A stretch of DNA of 64,000 nucleotides, taken from NCBI GenBank assembly GCA_023213395.1, contig CM041465.1, forward strand, positions 122,271,741-122,335,740. Direction: 5' to 3'. Origin of the DNA: Cycas panzhihuaensis (taxonomy: Eukaryota > Plantae > Cycadophyta). Below are positions 1 through 10,829 of this stretch, one piece after another. Under the pieces are notes generated by a model, which worked only from the letters and a program-made list of their open reading frames with translations, was not told where the DNA came from and made no database searches. Each line of letters starts with the position of its first letter. The stretch's first letter is position 1. The position numbers and the translations under genes are program-made.

Positions 1-1076
1 ACATAAAAAAATTGATGAAAAAAGAAGCTAAAACAATCAAATGAGAGAAGGGGCAGTGGGGTTTTATTGCTAAAAAAAAGGTCAAACTTCTGAGAGGGAA
101 ATCTCTTTGTCAAAGTATAAAAAATTAAAACCGTCAAATCTAATGCGGAGCTGGCTCAAAGAGCTTCGAAATGACTAGTGATTTGCTATGGTTTCATTCA
201 ACGTGGAGACTACATCAGCCTATAAATGCACAAGTTCCTTCTTAAACCTTAAAAAAATGGTGAATAGACAATAAAATCTTATAAAATATCAAATGAAAAC
301 TTAGTATAACTTCTCCAAAAAACTTGTTAAGCTGAATATGCACTAAATATTGCATAGATCTGAAAAAAAATATTAAATAAATAGACAAAATACACCAGAA
401 ATAGCCAAGTATTTGATGAAATATGAAAAACTTATTAATAAAAGCTTTGTAGAGTGATGAAATCTTGAATATTTATAAATTGTAGCTATGCTCCTGCATA
501 GATCTATGAAAATATGTGTCATTTTATAAATATAAATAAGAAATAATTAGATTTTTGATAAAAAATAATACAAGAAATTGTAAAGAAACTTTACAAAAAA
601 TGAATATAACCAATATTGGCTTGCTGTGAGTAGATCTACTATATATGCCAATGAATCTCCTTTCTTCTTAAAAAAACTTTAACAGGCCAGCAATCTAAGC
701 AATATGCCAGCAATCTATCCTCTGATACCAAATGAAGGATCATACAATAATGGTGACATAGCAGAGCATAATCAAATAATGGAAAACATTGTAGCATAAA
801 CACATAAGCCTTTATATTAAATCCATTTTTGAGTGAGTACATAGCAAATTTCTAATATAGATAGTGTCTAAAGACACCAGGGTTACACACCCCTCCAAAT
901 ATATAGTTTGGGGGAGGAGGGAAACTCCTTAACCCCTAAAATTCAAACAACAATAAAATATTACATAACTTAATAAGTTAACTCAAATCAACTCAACCTT
1001 ACCTGACTTACCTTCATATGTGTGCACTCACATGTGTACAATGGTAGGAGTGGAGTGAGGAACATTAATCCCAACA
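1..1076 (-). mobile_element. 5' end of an LTR retrotransposon (5' LTR 733-1076, PBS 719-730, leader running off the left edge)
   Basis: On the minus strand the LTR starts TGTTGGGATTAATGTTCCTCAC and ends ...CCTTCA, then TT and TGGTATCAGAG (tRNA-iMet PBS). The 344-bp LTR is visibly homologous to the LTRs at 25836-26177 and 30536-30880. Confidence 0.8.
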
Positions 1077-3376
1077 AAGTGTTCTTCTTCTTTTATGCTT
1101 CACTAGAAGGAGTCTCTCTTTATGAAGCCTATAAGGATTATTGTTCATTATATATAACTTTCTATGAGTCATTGTAATATTTTAGAAATCCCAAGAATCC
1201 CCTTAATTTAGTGATATCCTTAAGTGTGGGCTATTTTAGGATAACTTTAATATTTATAGGGTTTACCTTAACTCATTCTCTAGAGATGATATGACTTAGG
1301 TACTCAACCTCTTCTTTTACAAAACTACACTTAAAGTATTTTACTTATAAGTAATTTTCTTATAGTAGGTTTAAGACTTACTAATATGGATGACGTGTTC
1401 CTTCCACCACTGATTGAATATTAGAATATTATTAAAGAAGTAAGCATAAATTTCCATAATAACAATGCCAAAATACTATTCATTAATACTTAGAATTATT
1501 GAGAAGATAAGGTCCTAACCCTTAAACCGCCACCAAGATCTAAACTATTCTTGCAACTAGTTACAGGAATCTAAACTAAAATTTAACATGCAAGTTCTTA
1601 AACCATAGATAAAACAATAAAATAAACAAGAAAACCAAGCATCACATGTACACCTAATATAACGTGGTAAAACCCTAGCATTATGCCAAGAAAACATCTA
1701 CACAGGAAAGGTATCAATCTTTATTATTATAGAAAGGAGAAAATGTACATAATCTTGTAGCAGAGTGCTCACAACAACAACAACTAGCCACCTAACTCCT
1801 CACAGTATATTGAACACTATCAACATAATAAAAAATGCCCTAAATCAGGCTACATGAGAGGGTCATCCAAGGTACAAATCTTGACCGTAGAATCTAGGGT
1901 ATTTTGAGCGAATGACTCAGATTCTCTTTACAATTTAATATACTTTCTAGTGCTAAATTTTTGGGTAGGGGGCTATCGCATATATCGAACACCAATCAAC
2001 ATAATGAAAAAACACCCTAAATTGAGCTATATGAGAGAGTCATACAAGGCACAAATCTTGACCATAGAATCTAGGGTATTTTGAGTGAATGACCCTGATT
2101 CTCTTTACAGTTTAGTATGTTTTCAGTGCCCCCCATACCCCCCTAGCCAAGGGGGGCTCTCGCCCCCCTTGGAACCCCCTGAGGAAGGTTTAGGGGGGAA
2201 ACCGCACTACCAACATGTCAAAATTTTAGCCTCTAACTATTATTGTCACATTACCTAACAAGAATGTTATTAGAGCATTTATAAGACTAAAGGGAATAAT
2301 TTTAAACTCATAATAGCCATGATTACTATGAAAATCTATTTCTAGAATATCTTATTCTCTAATCCTAATTTAGTGATATCCTTAATGAAGTTTAATTTCT
2401 TATGAAATATTTAGCTCCATGGAGTTCATCTAATAATTCATCAATTCTTAATATTAAGAAGTACTTTTTTATTATAGCCCTATTTATGGTACAATAATCA
2501 ATATATATATAGAATAGACCATCTTTTTTCTAACTAAGATAACTGGCATCATAAATAGGCTCTTGTTAGGTGTTATTGCCCTATGAAAGAGTAATTTCTA
2601 TACTATTTTTTCTATTTCATTCTTATAATGGTAAAATATTTATAAGGCTTAACTACTATAGGCTTTGTCCCATGTTCTAATTTAATTATATATTCTATTA
2701 TATGATTAGGAGGTAGCTATATAGGGAGGTCTTAGAAGAATTCCCTGTATTTATTAATTATTTCCTATACTTGTGAATCATCCTTGACTTCCCCTTATAG
2801 TTTTATTTGTAGTAAGAATAATTAGGCTATGATACCTATGTGTCCTCTATGTATAAGTCTTTCTATATGATATGATAACACTATCTTTGTTTTCATAGGT
2901 CATTTCCCTTACAATACAATTTCTTTTTCCTCTTAGTTATATCATATGAAGAACTAATCTAAATTCATTTTAATAATTTCAAGTGTTCACAACCACTAGC
3001 ATCTTGAGACTACATATACTCCACCTACATTTATGATATAAAAGTATTCTATCAAAGTTATACCTGTGACTTTTATTTTAAGGTTTTTGAGCTTGCCTTG
3101 GCTTGATATTTCTAGCCTAATTCTAATGCTCACTTGGAACTAGGGTATCTTAATTTGGAATAAATTCATGTAATGGGTTGTAAATTTATCTACAAAATTA
3201 TGGGTGATTCCTAGATTGACTAGGATTATTACTAGGTCCTTTTGAATATATCCTTATAGCTTAAATATATTGGGCCTTTTAAACCCCAACATTATCAAGG
3301 AGGATAATGAGGAGTATCTTCTTATATATTTAAGGTTTCTTGCAAAAGTTCTAATTCAACTTTATCCCCTTGTCTT
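1077..3376 (-). mobile_element. Degenerate Ty3/gypsy pol fragment (protease-RT)
   Basis: Minus-strand remnants: LVIILVNLGITHNFVD (protease, ~3200), PVILVRKKDG (~2530), GYYEFKIIPFSLINALITF (~2290) and FFNNILIF (decayed FFDDILIY, ~1430). Many stops. Interrupted by a solo LTR. Confidence 0.85.
1497..2260 (-). mobile_element. Solo LTR (764 bp) inserted in gypsy RT
   Basis: Perfect 5-bp TSD AGAAT at 1492-1496 and 2261-2265. Termini TATTG...TAACA (decayed TG...CA). The RT reading frame resumes across it. Contains a ~175-bp-period direct repeat (1806-1952 / 1981-2129). Confidence 0.85.
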
Positions 3377-6300
3377 TGTTGTAATAGAGTAGGCAAATAT
3401 AAGGCTTATAAGATCATAAATGTAACATATTAGTAGTGTCCATAAACATTAATATGAAGAAACCCTATATAAATAAGTAGAGGTATGTATAATCCTTTAT
3501 GGTAGGTACCCAACCCTATTCACATACATTTCATAATACACAAGGCTTCATGGTATCCACATGGATCTTTCATAGATACATAAGCCTTTATAAATCACAT
3601 ATGTGTATACATGTTTATACACTTCTTCATTTTATGGAATGGTCATTATTCCAACTTTCTCCCCCATAATGACCATTTTGTAGTACACCAAGTTTATCTT
3701 TGAATTTGTGGAACTTATGTTAAGTTAAGGCCCTAGTAAGTATTTATATAAATATATCATTCATGACATAATAGACCAATTCAACTTCTCCTTCTTATAT
3801 TAACTCCTTAATAAAATGATGATGGGTTTTAATATATTTCATTCTTCCATGAAATATTGGATTTTTGGTCATATATATTCTACTTTGATTATTATAGAAT
3901 ACTTATGTAAGTCCTTCTTACTAAAGTTATAAATCTTGCAATATTCTCCTAAGCCATGCTACTTTATAACTACATGTAACTATTACTTTGTATTCTACTT
4001 CTACTATGGATAAAGACATTAAGGGTTGTTTATTCATGCACTAAGCAATCATTGTTGAAGTAAAATTTAAGGTGTAAACTAATTTTGATTTTCTATCATC
4101 AATGCAACCTAACTAATATGAAACTGTGTATCTAATTAGCATCAAGTTTTTGGATGACTTGTACCAAAATCCATAATTAACTATGCTACTAAGATATCTG
4201 AGTATTATCTTAGTTGCCTAATAATGAATTATCTTAAGCTTTTATATAAATCTTGAAACCAAATTGACTATATATATTATATTTAGTTGAGTTATCATGA
4301 GATATGTAAAATGCCTAATCAACAACTTGTATAAAATAGCACTAATTGGTTTTAAATATTTAAACTTATACGATTTTACTCTATTTTTAGTATTAATCAA
4401 TTTATATTCATCCATTTGAGCCTTTTTGATATATCCTTAACATACTTACTTTGTTATATAAATATGTTATCACCATCTTTCCACACCTTAATGCCTAAGA
4501 AGTAGTGTATCATTCCTAAGCATGTCATCTTAAATTCTTTATATATATTTATTTTAAATTGTTGAAATAAGTGGTGAATATTTCTTGTATAAATCAGGCC
4601 ATCCATATAAAGTCTCATAACTAAGATAGATGATCCTTCTAACTTAATATATAAGTTAGGCTTTGGTTCACTTTTTAGGTATCCTCTTGTTTTAAAACAT
4701 GCATTAATCCTTGAATATCAAGCTCTTAGTACTTGCTTCAAATAATAAAAAGATCCTTTTAACTTGTAAACTATTTCTTCTTTGCCTTTAATCTCTAATC
4801 CTCTTGGTTATTCCACAAATATTTCTTCATTTATATATCCATTAAGGAATGCATTTTTCACATCCATTTGGTAAATTGTCTAATTAAATTGTGTAGTTAT
4901 TTTAAGAATTACTTATACTATATTCATATGAGAAAGAAGGATAAATATTTCATTATAATCAATACCTACTTCTTGAGCATAGCCTTTGGCTACTAACCTT
5001 GCCTTGTATTTACCATATGATCCATTTACTTTATATTGAATTTTGTATATCCTCTTAATACCAATTATTTTTCTCTTGGGTAGAAACTCCATCAACATCG
5101 AAGTATTGTTTTTAACTAAGGTATTAAATTCATCTTATATAGCTTTTTTCCATTCAACCTTTTCATTTGCCTTCTTAATGTTTTGAAGCTCCTTATTCTT
5201 AATGATTTAAACCATCATTGTAAAGTTAATCATACTTTGTAATCTAATCATTATATTTAAAATGTTGTATTAATCATATTATGAGGGTTATGATTTCTTC
5301 TAAGCTACTTAGGATCATCACTTTGATTTGATCCTAATGTTTTAGTTGTACTTGGACTAAAACTTATTTGACTTATACTAGGTTCTAATTTAATCATGAT
5401 GCCCTTGCCTTTGTACTTTTTAGATTGATAAAATATATTTTCATCAAAGATGAAATTGATATTGGATAGTAATATCTAAGTATATTAGATGTTATATGTA
5501 ATCCCATTTGCACTCTCTTAATATTTTGTGAATATTATATAGTAGTCACCTTAATATATGTACCACTTAGAAAGTATGCTTATAAGCAAATGTTGACCTA
5601 GAGGGTTCTTCATATGAGGTGAGGTATTTTATAAATATATACATTATTCTTTTTAATGAGATAAAGTTTATCCATATTTTTATATATCTTATGGGTATTA
5701 TACTTATATATATTTCATCATTTATATGTCATTTATCTATATTATACTCACCTCCATTAACCATTACTTGTCCTTGTTAGGTCCATCTTAATAGTTCATA
5801 GCTTCTGCATTCTTATATCCTAACATTTTAGTATAAGAGCTGAATATCACATCCAACATAATGGTATCATAGCCCATGGTTAAATCCATTGGGAAGGACA
5901 TGTTTATAACATTTTTTCATATTTTTTAAACCCTTTTTTAATCATAGACTTAATGTCTCATTAGAACCCATATAGTGCCTATTTTGACTAGTAATTATGC
6001 CTATTTTTGAAGAGTATTTTACCTCACTTTCAAGTAATTTGAGACTTATTTTTAACTATTAAAAATATATTTCTAGGGGTTGATTTTATTACTATATTTT
6101 AATGTATTTTAGGGTTATTATATTGTTATTTTTTTAATAATTTAAGGGGCTATTTGAAGATATTAAAATGGAATTTTTTATGGAAGAAAATGGTAAGTTT
6201 TGTGATGTATTTGGTGGCCAATTGTTTAGTGCATATAGTACCTATTTTGAGCATGTAGGTCTTTATTTAAGGGTCATAGAAAATGCCTTTCGAAGTTGTT

Positions 6301-6444
6301 GATTATGTAAAAGATGGAGTAGATCAACTGCTCATGTGTGCTTGATCACCCTATAAAAGCAATAATTCTATTGTTAAAAAAGGGTAAAAGAATAATTTTA
6401 AAAAATATAAGAAAAATATATTTAGTAATGGTTGTTTAAAGCCT

Positions 6445-7420
6445 AATTTGGTCTAGGCTAGGTTTAGTATGGGTTTCATCAAAAACACTAAAAGATCAGT
6501 GGATTGCTTGGGAGTCTCCATTCAAGAGTAAAACGCTTATTAGTATTTGGAAGATGATCCTCTCGGCTAGTACTTAGAATATCTGGAAAGAACGTAATAG
6601 GAGAATTTTTGAAGGAAAAGAGACAGGTAGGGCGATATTGGTAGCCGAGATTAGGAAGGGTATTTTAAAAATGCTGGTCCCCCCAAAGGAGGATAGGATC
6701 CCCAAGGGGAAAGAAGGTATCCTGTAGGAGTGGGGAATAGGCCTTCCGAAGCATGGTAGAGAGGGGAGGAGAGCAATCAAATGGATCCCTCTAGATATAA
6801 CCTGGAAAAAATTTAATTTTAATGGAGCTGCCAAAGATAATATCGGAGAGGCAGGAGGGGGAGGTCTCTGCAGGGATTACATAGAGAATCTGAATTGGGC
6901 TTATGCAGAATACTTAGGTATCCAATCAAACCAAAAAGTAGAGGTGCGGGCTATGCAAAGGGTGATATCTCTGTTGGATGAGGAGGGTGCTCAGAAGGTG
7001 GCCGTTGAAGGTGACTCTATGTATGTGATAAAATGTTTAAGGGGGGAAGCAGACCTAGGATGGAACAACATAGATATTATTATAGATGTGTAAGAGGTTC
7101 TGGGGACCAAAATTGGTGTACATATCCAACACACCTATAGGGAAGTGAATTTGCCAGCAAACTGGCTGGCAAATTGGGTTATGGTAAATAAAAGAACTAT
7201 GGTTTGGAGGGAGGACTACCCGGAAGAGCTACTGAGACTGGTAAGGATTGATGCATATAGTGGAGAGGTTGATAGGATAGACTAAGAGGAATCCTTTTTA
7301 ATTTAGGCTAGACCATGGGCCTGTCATGGTCATGTTTCATAAGATGCTGGGCTGTGATGTATAAGGTTTGGGGACCTAGTTAAAACCCCTTCAATATTAT
7401 TTTACCTTATAAAAAAAAAA
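6445..7420 (+). mobile_element. 5'-truncated L1-type LINE 3' end with plant LINE RNase H domain
   Basis: Translation NIWKERNRRIFEG ... KFNFNGAAKDNIGEAGGGGLCRD ... VAVEGDS ... HTYREVNLPANWLAN. Poly(A) tail at 7411-7420. 17-bp TSD ATGGTTGTTTAAAGCCT at 6428-6444 and 7421-7437. Confidence 0.92.
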
Positions 7421-7510
7421 ATGGTTGTTTAAAGCCTTTCTATGTTTTGTTAAAATATAATTTATTATAGTTATTATGAAACCTATCAGGTTAATTTCCA
7501 AAAAATAAAA

Positions 7511-7513
7511 CAT

Positions 7514-7594
<81 letters not shown>
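7511..7594. repeat. (CA)n microsatellite
   Basis: About 42 CA units with a few TA interruptions; explains the spurious CV ORF at 7397-7591. Confidence 0.97.
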
Positions 7595-7599
<5 letters not shown>

Positions 7600-8052
7600 G
7601 AGAAAAAGGTAAGTGTTTTTTAAATAGATTAAAGAAATTATTTTTTGACCTCCAAATATCATGTAGATATATTCTCTCCTCTACATAATTTATTAGTTTA
7701 TTTAAACAAAAAAAACCTCTGAATATACTATAAATATATGATATATATTCTTAAGCATGGTTTATTAATTTAAGAGAAGAAAAATAATAAAGGAACTTTA
7801 CCCTAGTGTTACATTAACAAATATAGGTAGGGCATGATTAGTACATTGGAAAGATGCAAGTAAGCTTGAAAGAAGATTGATATGAATTCATTTTTGAAGA
7901 TATGAAAAATGTATATGGAGAAGATAATGGTAGATCCTAGCACTAACAAAGAATCTCCAAAGGTATCGAAAATTTTAAAATTATATAAGGTAATGACCAC
8001 ACTATAGATTTGCATAATTATTAATAATCTATGCATTCTCTTTGCCTATATA

Positions 8053-8421
8053 ATCAATATTGGTGACGTGCTTTATGGTATATCATCAAATGGAATGTCA
8101 TTTTATAGTGAGTGAAAAGAGTCCCCTATTATTGAAAAGGCATCACAAAGTAAAGGATGAGGTGTGCAAAGGATTCAATAGTTTTTAATTCTCTAGTATG
8201 GTATTTAACCTCACAAGGACCATTATGGATGTGGGTATCATGGCTCTACCTACCACCATGAAGGTTTTGGGACTCATTTTAGGATTTACACCAATTATTA
8301 TCATTTGTATTTTGATGGATACATGCATGAGATTCCACTGAGGTTTAACAAAACTAGTAAATTATTTTCTTATAGAATTATTATAGGGGATGCTTTCAAT
8401 CAAACATGGAAGAAAACATTA
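8053..8421 (+). pseudogene. 5' fragment of an AVT6-type amino acid transporter (Aa_trans family)
   Basis: Translation from 8090: MECHFIVSEKSPLLLKRHHKVKDEVCKGFNSF*FSSMVFNLTRTIMDVGIMALPTTMKVLGLILGFTPIIIICILMDTCM / frameshift / EIPLRFNKTSKLFSYRIIIGDAFNQTWKKTL. This matches the recalled AVT6 pattern PLL..FNGASFSGAVFNL.TTI.GAGIMALPATMKVLGL..G......L.D.SIE.LLRFS.......Y...MGD.FG. Contains a stop and frameshifts. Confidence 0.85.
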
Positions 8422-10829
8422 TCAGTGAATGGAGTCAAGATTTACCTTTTGATTAGCTTAAGATGAGGTTTAAGAGTAGTAGTTGGTAGGTCCTAGATGA
8501 ATAAAATAAGAATATGTAAGTTGCTTACTTTAGTGGTAAGCATTGATAACTAGCAAGCATACTGAGTTATTACCTTAAAATAAAATCAAAAGCCCTAATG
8601 CAAGTATAATTTTTAGGATTTAATACATACTTTTGATATATTATTATTTTGATATAATTTTATGTAGTGGGCATGGAAAATTGATGGGCATATTTTATTT
8701 TAAAAATTTTAAAAATTAAATTATATTTGATAAAATTTTAAATCTATTAGAGCCCCCTAGTGATTTAGCCCCTTGGTCATATGGAAACTGCACACCACTA
8801 GTAATTTAGTAGAAAAAGGTACTAATCCCTTAATTTTTTAGCCTCCTTACTTTTTTAAGGTCATGCTTATATTTTCTACTATAACTTGAGTAAATAGAGT
8901 CATTTTTTAGACCTAAAATACATGCTAGAATCTTGATTCAACCCCCTTTATAATGATAGGTCATATAAAGTAGTTTGGAGTTGTTTCACTATAGAAAATC
9001 TAGCTCAAAGTCAAGTCTTATTTTAAAGAGTTTTTCATTATATTTAGGCATTTTTATTTATTTATTTTAGTTCAAAATCATTTGGTAAAAGTTCTATTAA
9101 TGTAATGTAATCCTAAAGGGGAGAAAATATAAAATTTTATGTCATAGGCTCTTTTTAAACTCTAGATAACCTCATTTCATTTATCAAAAAATGTCATTAA
9201 GAGAGAGTCATTTTTTATGTATTAAATCACATTCTTTTTTAGGTCATGCTTATGACATTGTTATTGTAATTACTAGATTATATATACCCATAGAGGTAAT
9301 CTGAGAGGCCATAAAATATATTATTAAGGTCAAGAAAATGTTTTTATTATAATTTCATCCATAGATACCGATGATATTATATTTCTATCTAATAGTTACC
9401 AAAGAATCTACTCATAGTCCCATTTTGGCAAGAGGTATGACGCACTTTTTAAACTATTCTTATATATGATTTTTAAGATACTTATTTGAATATGTAGGAT
9501 AATGTGTTTCTAGAGTGATATTGATGCGGCATTAACAAAACCATATATATATAAAGGAATTTTCTAGTAAGCAAGCTATCAAAGTAGTTAGTTATCTATG
9601 TAGTTCAGTAGATGGGGTATCCTTCATATGAGAATTAACAACATTTTATGTTTATTAAAACAACTTATGATCTAACAAAAATTTTAAGATAGAATTTAAA
9701 TTTGATGTGATACTTGATGTTATATAATTATGTATTACATGAAAGAATATTGAATAGTAATATCAATTACATTAGAAGTTACCCCTCACCCCATTTATAC
9801 TTTCTCGATATTTTTTGAATATTATATTATAGTCACCTTAACATATGTGTCACTTGGAAAGTGTGTTAGAATACAAAGGTTAACCTAGAGGGTTCTCTAC
9901 AAAAGACGAGGTACTCTATAAATATATACATGATTATTTTAAATAAGATAATGTTTATCCATTCTTTCATATATCTTATACATATTATACTTGTATGTAT
10001 TTTATCTTTTGTGTATCATTTATCCATCTTATGCTTACCTTTATTATGTATTTCTTATCTTTATTAGGTCTTATAACTTTTACATTTTTATGTCCTAATA
10101 TTTTGCTATTAGAACCAATATTGTGGAGAATTATTATCATAGATAATACATATATACTTAATGTTCTTATCATCTAACTTTTTTTTTTTTATTAGGTATA
10201 AGCACATATACAACATATGTAATAAGTTTGAGGTGTCTTATATTTGGCTTTTTTCTTAACTAAGCTTCTTTAGGAGTAGCCTATATAATTGCTTTAGTTA
10301 TGTACTATTTAATATATAAACTATTTATACCTAACATTCAAAACCAAGTTCTTTTTTTTAAAGTATACTCCTTATCATTTTAATTATGGTTTTGTTATTT
10401 CTCCTTATTACACCATTTTGCTATGGTACATACAGAGTTATTAACCACCCATTGATCCCATTGATTCCATAGAAATGTTTAAACTAGTTGGAGGGTAAAC
10501 TCTCCTCTATTATCTGATCTCATATTTTGAATTTTATAAACACTTTCCTTTCCAACCAATGCCTTAAAGAATATGAATATTTGGAAGGCTTATGATTCAT
10601 CCTTCAAGAAATAGACCTAAGTATTTCATGTAAAGCCATCCATAAACATGATAAAGTACTTTGTATCACTAAGTAATAAAGTATTAATTAGTCCAAAAAA
10701 GCTCGTATCTATAAGTTCAAGTGGTTTATATTCTCTCTAATTTCTTCTAGGAAAACTCTCCCTATGATGTTTTATGAGAAAATTTTATATAATTTAAAAA
10801 TTCAAGATTTTCAACAATTTTACTTTAAA

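Larger units (their letters stand above)
5460..10120 (+). mobile_element. Non-autonomous LTR element (LARD-like) with no recognisable gag/pol, carrying host-gene-derived sequence
   Basis: Direct repeats 5460-~5858 and 9748-~10120 align throughout. PBS TGGTATCATAGC at 5862-5873. Inserted in copia integrase. TSD not recognisable, and the right end appears slightly deleted. Confidence 0.75.
3377..10790 (-). mobile_element. Degenerate Ty1/copia element (IN-RT-RH plus 3' LTR ~3377-3656), 5'-truncated, split by the element at 5460-10120
   Basis: PPT complement CTCCCCC at 3659-3665. RNase H KNPIFHGRMKYIKTHHHF (~3850). RT ORF 4913-5098 ([18 protein letters not shown]). Integrase FIFDE (~5445), continuing at 10120-10790 (LDDK, YVP*QNGV, KHHRESFP). 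Confidence 0.85.

Noticed and set aside
7397-7591. Cys-Val repeat ORF
   Set aside because: Translation of the (CA)n microsatellite.
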